Assembly: GCA_039588275.1 (NCBI GenBank)
Contig: JBDHAC010000002.1
Location: 1-64,000, forward strand
Length of the DNA stretch: 64,000 bases
Direction: 5' to 3'
Origin: Gemmatimonadota bacterium
GTDB taxonomy: Bacteria > Gemmatimonadota > Gemmatimonadetes > Palauibacterales > Palauibacteraceae
Each line of letters opens with the position of its first letter. The first letter of the stretch is position 1. Made by a program: the position numbers and the translations under genes. The notes under the pieces were generated by a model that worked only from the letters and a program-made list of their open reading frames with translations, searched no databases and had not been told where the DNA came from. Below, one piece after another: positions 19,269 through 28,321 of the stretch.

Positions 19269-19883
19269 ATGATCCGAGCCGCCACGCCGTCAGATCGAGA
19301 CGCCATCGTCCGCTTCAACCGCGCCCTCGCTCGCGAGACGGAGGGGCGTGAGCTGATGGAGTCTACGCTGAGAACGGGGGTAAATGCGTTTCTCGCGCAC
19401 CCCGAGTACGGGCGTTATTACCTGGCGTTCGAGGACCCCGGGAGGCCAACCGGAGAACCGGACCCGGGCGAAGACACGGACTCGGCCGGAGAACGGGACC
19501 CGGGCGAAGACACGGACCCGGACGAAGACACGGACCCGGGCGAAGACACGGACCCGAGCGAAGGGACGGACCCGGGCGAAGACACGAATCCGGAGCGCGT
19601 CGCTGGCGATGCGCCGATCGGTCAGATCATGGTGACGTTCGAGTTCAGTGACTGGCGCAACGGTCCCATCTGGTGGATCCAGAGCGTGTACGTAGCTCCG
19701 GGCCACCGCCGACGGGGGATCTATCGGGCCCTGCACGATCATGTGCGGAGCGCCGCTCAGGAGGCCGGTGCAGTGGGGCTGCGCCTGTACGTGGATCGTC
19801 AGAACAAGGTGGCCAAGGCCACCTATCGGTCGTTGGGCATGGAGCCCTCTCGGTACGACATGTACGAGGAGATATGGGGGTGA
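19269..19883 (+). CDS. GNAT N-acetyltransferase with internal acidic repeat insertion
   Basis: WWIQSVYV...HRRRGIY, LRLYV...N..A...Y..LG. Confidence 0.9.
   Translation: MIRAATPSDRDAIVRFNRALARETEGRELMESTLRTGVNAFLAHPEYGRYYLAFEDPGRPTGEPDPGEDTDSAGERDPGEDTDPDEDTDPGEDTDPSEGTDPGEDTNPERVAGDAPIGQIMVTFEFSDWRNGPIWWIQSVYVAPGHRRRGIYRALHDHVRSAAQEAGAVGLRLYVDRQNKVAKATYRSLGMEPSRYDMYEEIWG
19461..19586 (+). repeat. 7 x 18-bp tandem repeat encoding (DPGEDT)n
   Basis: gacccgggcgaagacacg units with variants. Confidence 0.95.
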
Positions 19884-21679
19884 GCATCCACCATACGCAT
19901 GACGGGCGCGCATTCCGCGTCTCGCACCTGTTCGGCTCCACGCTCCGGGACGCGCCCGCAGAAGCGGACATAGAGTCCCACGCGCTCCTGCTGCGCGCCG
20001 GCTACGTCCGACAACTGGCCGCCGGGATCTTCTCGTACCTCCCGCTCGCCTGGAGGTCGCTGCGCAAGATCGACCAGATCCTGCGCGAGGAGATGGATCG
20101 GATCGGCGGCCAGGAGCTGAACATGCCGGTCGTGCACCCGGCCGAGCTGTGGCAGGCCACCGGCCGCTGGTACGACATCGACGAGACCATGGCGCGCTTC
20201 CAGGACCGCCGCGGTCGAGACATGCTGCTCGCGATGACGCACGAGGAGGTCGTCGCAACCCTCGCGGCTACCGAGATCCGGTCCTACCGACAGCTACCCG
20301 CGATGGTCTACCACATCCAGACGAAGTTCCGCGACGAGCTTCGTTCGCGCGGTGGGTTGATCCGCGTGCGCGAGTTTCAGATGAAGGATTCGTACTCGTT
20401 GGATCGCGATCCGGAGGGGCTCGCACGCCAGTACGAGGCCCATTACGAAGCCTACGGGCGCATCGGCGCCCGTGTGGGCCTGTCGCTGCTCGCGGTACAG
20501 AGCGATGTGGGGATGATGGGTGGAGCGGTCGCGCACGAATTCATGTACGTGACGTCGATCGGGGAGGACAGCCTCGCGGTGTGCCCCGGCTGCGGTTACG
20601 CGGCGAACCGTGATGTGGCGCGCTTCGAGCTCGGGATCGAGACGAAGGAGGAGCTGCTCCCGCTCGAGAAGGTGCACACGCCCGGGGCGAAGACGATCGC
20701 CGAAGTATGCGAGATGCTCGCGGTCGAGCCGCATCGCACGGGCAAGATGGTGTTCTACGCGGGATCCTTCGCCGGGACCTCGGATGCGCACGACGCGCCC
20801 AGGCCCGCCCGCCTGATCGTGTGCGTCGTGCGCGGCGATATGGAGGTGAACCCGATCCAGGTGCAGAAGCTGATCGGTGCGACCGAGCTGCGGCCCGCCC
20901 ACGAGGAAGAGATCCTGGAGGCCGGCATGGTGCCCGGCTCCGCCTCCCCGATCGGGGTGGGCCGAGACGCCGGCCTCGTGCTCGTGGATGAGCTCGTCGC
21001 CGCCTCGCCCAACCTCGTGCTGGGTGCGAACGAGCCCGACCACCACCTCCGCAACGTGTGTTGCGGTCGCGACTACGAGCCCGAGCTCGTCGGCCCCATC
21101 GCCGCCGCGTTCGATGGTGCGCCGTGCGCCGAGTGCGGGACGGGGCTCGAGATGGTCCGCGGTGTCGAAGTCGGAAACATCTTTCAGCTCGGGACCAGAT
21201 ACTCGGAGGGGCTCGGGGCCTTCTTCACGGACGAAGATGGATCGGAGAAGCCCATTTACATGGGCTCGTACGGGATCGGCCTTGGTCGGCTGTTAGCCTG
21301 TGTGGCCGAAGAATACCGCGACGAGCGTGGGTTACGACTCCCGATCTCGGTTGCACCCTATCAGGTGAACCTCGTGTCGCTCGCTCGCGCGCCCGACGGA
21401 GCCGAAGCGGCGGAGTGCATCTTCACGGAGCTGGTGGATGCGGGCTTCGAGGTGCTGTACGATGATCGCGACGACGCCAGCGCGGGCGTGAAGCTCACCG
21501 ATGCGGACCTGCGGGGGCTGCCGCTCCGTGTCGTGATCGGCGAGCGCTCGCTGGAGCGCGGCGGGGCCGAGCTCAAGCGGCGCACCGACGACGAAGCGCG
21601 CGTTGTGGCTCTCGATCGGCTCGTAGCCGAAATCCGAGCCGAGATCGAAGCGCTCGAGGCCGAGCTCGCCCTCGACTGA
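19874..21679 (+). CDS. proS: Proline--tRNA ligase (bacterial type with INS editing domain)
   Basis: SHALLLRAGY, THEE, KFRDE.R.RGGL.RVREF.MKD.YS, EVGNIFQLG, MGSYGIG..R. Start is 19874 (ATG) or 19880 (GTG), overlapping the GNAT stop. Confidence 0.97.
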   Translation: MGVSIHHTHDGRAFRVSHLFGSTLRDAPAEADIESHALLLRAGYVRQLAAGIFSYLPLAWRSLRKIDQILREEMDRIGGQELNMPVVHPAELWQATGRWYDIDETMARFQDRRGRDMLLAMTHEEVVATLAATEIRSYRQLPAMVYHIQTKFRDELRSRGGLIRVREFQMKDSYSLDRDPEGLARQYEAHYEAYGRIGARVGLSLLAVQSDVGMMGGAVAHEFMYVTSIGEDSLAVCPGCGYAANRDVARFELGIETKEELLPLEKVHTPGAKTIAEVCEMLAVEPHRTGKMVFYAGSFAGTSDAHDAPRPARLIVCVVRGDMEVNPIQVQKLIGATELRPAHEEEILEAGMVPGSASPIGVGRDAGLVLVDELVAASPNLVLGANEPDHHLRNVCCGRDYEPELVGPIAAAFDGAPCAECGTGLEMVRGVEVGNIFQLGTRYSEGLGAFFTDEDGSEKPIYMGSYGIGLGRLLACVAEEYRDERGLRLPISVAPYQVNLVSLARAPDGAEAAECIFTELVDAGFEVLYDDRDDASAGVKLTDADLRGLPLRVVIGERSLERGGAELKRRTDDEARVVALDRLVAEIRAEIEALEAELALD

Positions 21680-21745
21680 TCGCTCGCGTTTCAGGCCGGC
21701 CGCCTGCGCTCCGCATTCGCGCGCGAACCGACGCGCGGAAGACAC

Positions 21746-23344
21746 CTAGGGAACGATCTGGGTCTCGGTCGACTCCTCTGCGGCGCCCGCGGCCCCGCGC
21801 CCGATCGCGTCCAGCAACGCGCGCTTCACCTCGACGGTCGCGGCTCTGCCACCAGGCAACAGGATCCAAGCGAGCACGTATACGCCGCTGAACAACGCGA
21901 GCTCGATCGCGAAAGTGGTCGCGAGCCCCAGGCCTCCCAGCGCTAGCCAGGCGACGGCGAACGTCACCGCGCCTCCCATAAACGACGCCAACGCCGGTCG
22001 GGTAGCCGCGCCGAAGAACTCTGCCGGCCTGAGCGGCGCCGTACGCAGACAGTACACGACGCTCGGGTAGGTGAGGGCCACGACGGCGACGGTGAAGCCG
22101 ACGGCCACCCCCATGGGCCCCCACAGGGCACCGACGAGGAGCGCCGCGACGGTGGCCAGCGTTTGGAACACGCTCCAGCGGAACTGGCGACCCGTCTCGC
22201 CCAGCGAGTTGTAGACCCACTGATTGAGGCGGTTCAGTCCCCCCGCGAACGCGGCCACCGCCATGAGTCGTACGTAGGGCACGGCGTCGAGCCACTGATC
22301 GCCGAAGAGGACGAGAACCACCTCGCGCGCGCCCACGAACATGAAGGCGGTCGCGGGCATGGTGAGCGCCAGGATCGAGGCCAGCCCACCGCGCACGATC
22401 CGCCTGTACTCCTCGGGCTCGCGCTGCACGCGGCTGAAGCTTGCGACCGCCACATCGGACAGGGATTGATGAAGCTCGAGGTACGGCAGCCAGGCCCAGC
22501 GGCGCGCGCTGTCGTACAGACCGAGGACGGGAGCTCCTCCGAGCAGGCCGACGAGCACCCGATCCAGCTGCGCCCCGAGCCACGCCACGACCCGGAAGCC
22601 GGATAGGCCTCTGCCATACGTCAGCATGCTGCCCGTTCCATGGTTCTCGCCGACTGCCAGACGCCTCGGCCTCGAGGGCCGCCAGCCGCAGAGCATCCAG
22701 GCCCCGATCGCGCGCGCCACGGACATCGCGAGGATGTCGTAAACGAGAGCCCAGTAGCCTGCCCCGAGCGCCGCGGCAACGATGGCGACCATGACGCCTA
22801 TTGCCATCGCCGCCGTGTGGATCGACACCAGGGTCCCGAACCGCATCTGACGCTTCAGGAGCGTTTCGTGGAACGCACCCACGTTCATCAGGTACAGCGC
22901 CGCCGCCCAGACCAGCGTCACTCCGGTGACCCGCGGATCCCCGTAGAAGCTGGCCAGCAGAGGTCCGAGGAGGGCCATCGCTCCCAGCAGCAGCAGGTTG
23001 ACCCAGCTCGAGAACCAGAACAGCCGTGAGAGTCCCTCGTGGTCCAGGTCCTCGCGCTGAAGCGCGGCGATATGCAGACCGAGGTTAATCAGCCCATGCA
23101 GGAGGATCGTGATTGGGAGGACCAGCCCCCTGACCCCGAAGTCTTCCGGCGTCAGGAGGCGAGCGAGCACGGCGATCGACCCGACGCGCAGGAGCATCTG
23201 GAGGACGCGCCCCCCGACCGCGTAGATGCCCGAGCTGGCCGAACGTCGGGTGAGCTCGGCGCGCACGGCGTCGGTGCGAAAGTGTCTGTCGCCGCTTCCG
23301 GGTGGGGCCATGTCCCCCACGTTAGCTGGTTCTCGCCTCTCCAC
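21746..23344 (-). CDS. Wzx/WzxC-like oligosaccharide flippase (MOP superfamily)
   Basis: LARLLTPEDFG, ALGAGYWALV, G.Y..A, LFGDQW..AVP; about 12 TM helices. Confidence 0.9.
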   Translation of the reverse strand: MERREPANVGDMAPPGSGDRHFRTDAVRAELTRRSASSGIYAVGGRVLQMLLRVGSIAVLARLLTPEDFGVRGLVLPITILLHGLINLGLHIAALQREDLDHEGLSRLFWFSSWVNLLLLGAMALLGPLLASFYGDPRVTGVTLVWAAALYLMNVGAFHETLLKRQMRFGTLVSIHTAAMAIGVMVAIVAAALGAGYWALVYDILAMSVARAIGAWMLCGWRPSRPRRLAVGENHGTGSMLTYGRGLSGFRVVAWLGAQLDRVLVGLLGGAPVLGLYDSARRWAWLPYLELHQSLSDVAVASFSRVQREPEEYRRIVRGGLASILALTMPATAFMFVGAREVVLVLFGDQWLDAVPYVRLMAVAAFAGGLNRLNQWVYNSLGETGRQFRWSVFQTLATVAALLVGALWGPMGVAVGFTVAVVALTYPSVVYCLRTAPLRPAEFFGAATRPALASFMGGAVTFAVAWLALGGLGLATTFAIELALFSGVYVLAWILLPGGRAATVEVKRALLDAIGRGAAGAAEESTETQIVP

Positions 23345-23356
23345 CCGGCCTGCGGA

Positions 23357-24154
23357 TCAGCCGGCCTCGTCCGCCGTAGCCTGCCAGGGTGCAAGCCAAA
23401 TGGCCAGACCCCCCAACCCAAGGTTCAGGGTCACGCCGAACAGCGCGATCACGACGAGGACCGCGTACAGCAGCTCGACGCGTAGGACCTCCCACGAGAG
23501 CCAGATCAGGGCGCCGAGTCCGCTGTCGGCAGCCACGATCTCTACCGCGATCGTGACGAGAAACGCCACGTTCGCCGAGAGCCGTAGCCCGCTCAGCACC
23601 ATCGGCAGACTGCCGGGCAACACGACGCGGGTGAACACCTTACGTCGGCTTGCGCCGTAGTTCCGAGCCACCTCGAAGTAGAGCGGGCTGATGCGACGCA
23701 CCCCCGCCATGGCGTTGATCAGCATTGGGAAGAAGGCCGCGATCGCGACCACCGCGATGCGGGACGCCTCGCCGATCCCGAGCACGATCATGAGGAGCGG
23801 CAGAAGCGCGATCTTGGGGATGGGGTGCAGCGCGGCGATGAACGGATCGACCACCCTCCGTACCGAGGGTGAGCGCCCCATCGCGACCCCGAGCAGCAGC
23901 CCCGGGACGACACCGATCATGAGCCCCGGAACAACTCGGGTCAGTGTCGCCCACAGGTTCGACCCGAGCTCTCCGCGAAGGATCGAGGTCCAAAGGGCCA
24001 CCGCGACCTCGGACGGCGCGGGCATGTACAGCGTCGGCACGAGACCGAACCGCGCCGCCGCCTCCCACAGGGAGAGGACTGCCAGGCCCACGAGCACAGG
24101 CGCCCAGATCCGAGCCGAGCCGCGCGCTCCGCGCTCCCGGCTCCGGTGGGTCAG
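23357..24154 (-). CDS. ABC transporter permease, NitT/TauT (SsuC-like) family
   Basis: P.PSEV, PIPKIALLPL, EAA-loop EVARNYGAS, GLG.LI. Start uncertain (CTG 24154 or ATG 24211). Confidence 0.92.
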   Translation of the reverse strand: MTHRSRERGARGSARIWAPVLVGLAVLSLWEAAARFGLVPTLYMPAPSEVAVALWTSILRGELGSNLWATLTRVVPGLMIGVVPGLLLGVAMGRSPSVRRVVDPFIAALHPIPKIALLPLLMIVLGIGEASRIAVVAIAAFFPMLINAMAGVRRISPLYFEVARNYGASRRKVFTRVVLPGSLPMVLSGLRLSANVAFLVTIAVEIVAADSGLGALIWLSWEVLRVELLYAVLVVIALFGVTLNLGLGGLAIWLAPWQATADEAG

Positions 24155-24978
24155 CTCGGGCCGGAGAAGCTCTTCCGAACCTCGTCTCTCAGCAGTTGCC
24201 AAATGTGCCATGCAATCTCGGCCACGTGTCTGGGGTCGCGCACGCCGGAGCGCGGCCGTGGGACGGTGACCGGGATCTCCTCCCGGATGCGACCCGGTCG
24301 GCCGGTCATCACGAGGACGCGGTCACCCATTCGAACCGCCTCCTCCAGATCGTGCGTCACGAACACCACCAGCTTTCGGTCCTCCCGCCATATGCGAAGC
24401 AGCTCTTCCTGGAGGAGGAGCTTCGTTTGGGCATCCAGTGAGCCGAAGGGCTCGTCCATCAGCAAGATCGGTACGTCCGTCACGAACGCGCGCGCGATCC
24501 CGACGCGCTGGCGCATCCCGACGGAGAGCTCGGAGGGATAGTTGTCCGCGAAGGCGCCCAATCCGACGCGGTCCAGGAATGCACGGGCGCGGCCGCGGCG
24601 CTCACGCCGCGCGACGCCTCGCATCTCGAGGCCGAATGCCACGTTGTCCGCGACCGTCATCCACGGGAATACGCCGTGCTCCTGGAAGACGAGCGCGTTA
24701 CGCGGCCAAGCGCGTCCGTTCTCGGGCGTCCACCACTCATGCTCGATGCCGAACTCCACCCTCCCGTCGGTGGGCCGAAGCAGGCCCGCGACGATCTTCA
24801 ACAACGTCGTCTTGCCGCACCCGCTCGGGCCGACCACGCAAACGAACTCGTGCGGACTGGCGCGGAACGAGATTCCGTCCAATGCCTGGATCGGCGCCCG
24901 ACGAGTGTCGAACGTGTGCGAGACTTCGAGGCAAGCGAGCCCCGGTGCCCTGGTCGCGAGCCGGGCCGAGTCGCTCAT
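24151..24978 (-). CDS. ABC transporter ATP-binding protein, NitT/TauT family
   Basis: GPSGCGKT, LSVGMRQR, LLMDEPFGSLDAQT, VTHD. Confidence 0.95.
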   Translation of the reverse strand: MSDSARLATRAPGLACLEVSHTFDTRRAPIQALDGISFRASPHEFVCVVGPSGCGKTTLLKIVAGLLRPTDGRVEFGIEHEWWTPENGRAWPRNALVFQEHGVFPWMTVADNVAFGLEMRGVARRERRGRARAFLDRVGLGAFADNYPSELSVGMRQRVGIARAFVTDVPILLMDEPFGSLDAQTKLLLQEELLRIWREDRKLVVFVTHDLEEAVRMGDRVLVMTGRPGRIREEIPVTVPRPRSGVRDPRHVAEIAWHIWQLLRDEVRKSFSGPS

Positions 24979-24980
24979 GG

Positions 24981-27131
24981 TTATGGCGCCACCCGCACCC
25001 GAAGACCGCCGCTCACGGTGAGCGGCGCCCCTACGCGAACGTATCCCGTTCGGGCTCGCGAGATCTCGTATTCCGTGTCGAACAGGTTTTCGACGGTCGC
25101 GAAGGCACCCACCGTCCGGGTCAGCTGGCGGGCCACGCGCAGGTCGAGGATGAGCGAATCATCGATCCGTGCGAGATTCGTGTCCTCCTCGAATCGCGGC
25201 CCCAGATACCGACCAATGACCGATACATCCAGAAGGTCCGGGTCGGAGTACCCGATCCGGAGTACGCCTTGGTGGACGGCGGTCCGGATAGCGCGGTTCC
25301 CCACCAGCTCCTCGCGGCCGGGCGCCTCGGTGATCTCGGTCGGGTTGTAGGTGTAGCTCGCCGACAGTCTCCAGGCGGGGCTCGGACGGAGCTCGAGCTC
25401 GGCCTCCAATCCCGGGCTGCGCACGGTGCCGATGTTGGCCCGCTGCTGACACGCTCCCCCGGCCGGGACGAACCCGCACGGTTCGACGGTCTGCGCCTCC
25501 TCCACGGTGGCGATCGTCGCCTCGAGGATCGCGTCCCGGATCTCGGCCCAAAAACCCGTCAGCCGCGCCAAGAGCGTGACCCCGACCTGGTAGTCGACAC
25601 CGATTTCCGCCCCCAGCATGCTCTCCGGGTCCAGGGCTGCATTCGCCTCGACGACTACCCCGCCCGTCCGGCGAAACGGCTTGTACAGCTCGTTGCCGTT
25701 CGGCACTCGCAGCCCGCTGTAGAACCCACCCCGCCACGACAGCCGATCGGTCTGATGAATGCGCAGCCCCAGGTTGTGTCTCACATACCATTCGGTTCGG
25801 TCGGCGAAGGTCTCGTCGGCACGCAGGTTTCCCGACGCGAGTTCCTCGATTTGCCGGAAGCCCGCGTAGTTCCGCCACCTGTCGACGCGCACGCCCCCGA
25901 CGAGCTGCCAGCGTTCGGCCGGGTGGAACTCGTCCTGAACATACAGTCCGCCCAGGATCTGCTCGCCCCCGGCATGCCTGCGCTGCATCGCGACGCCATC
26001 CCGGAACACGAGGTCTTCCCACGCTTCGCCCTCCACCCACAGGTAGTCCACGCCCGCGCTCAGCCTGTGCCGGCCGAACGCACGCTCCCATTGCAGGCCG
26101 GCCCCGATCGCGGTGGACGGCACGTCGAACTGATCCACCGTAAGCCGCTCGCTGGATCGTGTCTCGTCGACCGAGGAGAGCCCGTTCGCGTAGGTTTGCA
26201 GATGCGTAAACGCGTGGGCGCTGAACCGTGAACCATCGGGCGCGTCGAGCGTCGCCCCCACGCGCCCGAAGCCGACCTCGGTCGTGTTGGGCTGGAGTTC
26301 CGTGGTATGGAGCTTCTCCTGATCCAGGTAGCCCCCCTGCACGTGTAGCCGGACGGCCGGCGATGCTTCGAACTCGACTTTCCCGTTGAAGGTGAGCGTC
26401 TGGGACGCGTTGGGAACATCGACCTCACCCCGCTGGTCCTCGCGCGTCATGATGTAGCCGTCGGAGTCGAAGTACTCTCCTGACAGCAGCACGCCCATGC
26501 GACCGGTCCGGATCGCGCCGACCCCGTCGGCTTGAATCGTCTGGAGGCTGCCGCCTTGCAAGCCGAGCGAGAGCGCGGTCTCGCTCGGGCGGCGCGTGAT
26601 GATGTTGATGACGCCACCCAGTGCGCCGCTGCCCCACATCATCGATCCCCCGCCGCGCACGACCTCCACACGCTCGATCATCTCCAGCGGTACGTGGCTC
26701 CAGCGCACCCACCCGAAGAACGGGTCGTTCAGCGGCACGCCGTCGACCAACACCAGCGCACGGCTCGTGCCCGAGCCGACGAGCCCGCGGAGTCCCACGG
26801 GCTGCCACGACGGGTGCGCCGAAGCCCCACGACTCTCGCGACCCAGCCCGAAGCCGGGGATCTCCTGCAAAAGGTCCTGGAGGTTGTTCGCGGGGGACCG
26901 CAGGATCTGGTCACGAGTGACGACGGTCACGTTGACGGGCACATCGCGCACGCGGGTCTCCGTACGCGTCGCCGTCACGACGAGCTCGTCGAGCGGTTGG
27001 ACCCGTACGGGTGGCTCCGCTTCAGGCTCCTGCGCGTGGAGCCTCGCGGTGGAGGCCCCGGCGAGGCCGCCGGCCAGCGTGACAAACAGCCCAACCGCCG
27101 GCAAGCTGACGTATCTGCGAACCTGAATCAC
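24981..27131 (-). CDS. TonB-dependent receptor
   Basis: Signal peptide, TonB box ELVVTATR, plug motifs LVLVDGVP and IERVEVVRGG.S..WGSGALGGVINIIT, ENLFD near C-terminus. GTG start overlaps the upstream stop. Confidence 0.93.
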   Translation of the reverse strand: MIQVRRYVSLPAVGLFVTLAGGLAGASTARLHAQEPEAEPPVRVQPLDELVVTATRTETRVRDVPVNVTVVTRDQILRSPANNLQDLLQEIPGFGLGRESRGASAHPSWQPVGLRGLVGSGTSRALVLVDGVPLNDPFFGWVRWSHVPLEMIERVEVVRGGGSMMWGSGALGGVINIITRRPSETALSLGLQGGSLQTIQADGVGAIRTGRMGVLLSGEYFDSDGYIMTREDQRGEVDVPNASQTLTFNGKVEFEASPAVRLHVQGGYLDQEKLHTTELQPNTTEVGFGRVGATLDAPDGSRFSAHAFTHLQTYANGLSSVDETRSSERLTVDQFDVPSTAIGAGLQWERAFGRHRLSAGVDYLWVEGEAWEDLVFRDGVAMQRRHAGGEQILGGLYVQDEFHPAERWQLVGGVRVDRWRNYAGFRQIEELASGNLRADETFADRTEWYVRHNLGLRIHQTDRLSWRGGFYSGLRVPNGNELYKPFRRTGGVVVEANAALDPESMLGAEIGVDYQVGVTLLARLTGFWAEIRDAILEATIATVEEAQTVEPCGFVPAGGACQQRANIGTVRSPGLEAELELRPSPAWRLSASYTYNPTEITEAPGREELVGNRAIRTAVHQGVLRIGYSDPDLLDVSVIGRYLGPRFEEDTNLARIDDSLILDLRVARQLTRTVGAFATVENLFDTEYEISRARTGYVRVGAPLTVSGGLRVRVAP

Positions 27132-28321
27132 TCGTCTTCCTCCTCCGGGCGCGACAGCACCCGGTTCGCGTGCTGTATGAACGACGGATCCCACAGCTCC
27201 ACGCTCACATCATCCGCGTCCAGGAGCTGCTCATCCACGTACCAGTTTCGGTAGGCCTCCAGGCTAGGAAGGTCGATGCGTCCGTCGCCGCGGATCGGTG
27301 GCCAGCAGATGGCACGCAGCAGGTCGGGCTCGAATCCGGTGGCCTCGGCCAGCGTCGACACGTTCTCGTCGGTCTTCCCCTCGTTGTACGCCCGAACGCC
27401 CGCGAGATACGCGACCATGAATCGACGCCCCAGCCCGGGGTCCTCGTCCAGGAGTCTCGGACCGTAGGCAATCAGCGCGTACTGGTGGCCCGGAATCACC
27501 TCATCGACGGTCATCCACAACTCGGCGCCGACCATTCCCCGTGCCTGCGTGATCCCCGGGTCATCCATGAGCGCGACGTCCAGCGTGCTCTCCCGGAGGG
27601 CGGCTATCTCGGCTGCCGTGGGCACGTGTACGGTCTCGAAGTCCGCGAGCGTGAGCCCTTGCCGTGCGAGCGCTTCGGCCACGAAATAGCGCAGCTGTGG
27701 CTCGAGGCTGACCGACATGCGTGGGCGTCGCCCACGCACCAGGAGCTCCGACGCCCTCCCTTCGTGCGCCCTGCCGGTCGAACCGACCCCGGATGCCTCG
27801 TTTCGGTCTGCGATCGCGCGTTCGAGCTCCTCCACAAAGCCGGGTCGGGCCACGAGGGCGGTGAACGGACAACCTCCGGGTTCCACGTAGCCCTTGTCCG
27901 CGACGAACCGGAGTCGGGCACCGCGGCCGATCGCGTGAAAGAATGCGGGCGTGAGAAGGCCGGGGAGCACATCGATACCCCCGCGCTGCAGGAGCGGAAT
28001 CGATGACGCGGTCGACGGCGTCTCGACGAACTCCACCTCGAGGCCTTGAGCGGCGAATAAGCCCCGTGCCCGTGCGATGTGCAGGGGGGCGAAGGTCAGT
28101 ACTGCTCGCATCACGACGCGAACGCGGGCGACCTCGCGTTCCGCCGCCAATGCGCCCGCGGGATCCGGTCGAGTGGTGGCGCGGGACTCGTCTCCACCCG
28201 CGCGGTCCGGGTGGCCGCAGCCGGAAGCGGCTGCGGCCACCGAGGAGAGCACGAGCACGAGCCCCGTGCGGGGCATCACCGGGCGCACCGACGTAGGGGG
28301 CCGACTTCCATGGGCTCTCAC
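27128..28321 (-). CDS. ABC substrate-binding lipoprotein, NMT1/THI5/SsuA-like
   Basis: ASGC lipobox, 'AP..IA...GLF...GLEVE', 'G.IDV', 'RFM.AYL.G'. Confidence 0.88.
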   Translation of the reverse strand: MRAHGSRPPTSVRPVMPRTGLVLVLSSVAAAASGCGHPDRAGGDESRATTRPDPAGALAAEREVARVRVVMRAVLTFAPLHIARARGLFAAQGLEVEFVETPSTASSIPLLQRGGIDVLPGLLTPAFFHAIGRGARLRFVADKGYVEPGGCPFTALVARPGFVEELERAIADRNEASGVGSTGRAHEGRASELLVRGRRPRMSVSLEPQLRYFVAEALARQGLTLADFETVHVPTAAEIAALRESTLDVALMDDPGITQARGMVGAELWMTVDEVIPGHQYALIAYGPRLLDEDPGLGRRFMVAYLAGVRAYNEGKTDENVSTLAEATGFEPDLLRAICWPPIRGDGRIDLPSLEAYRNWYVDEQLLDADDVSVELWDPSFIQHANRVLSRPEEEDE

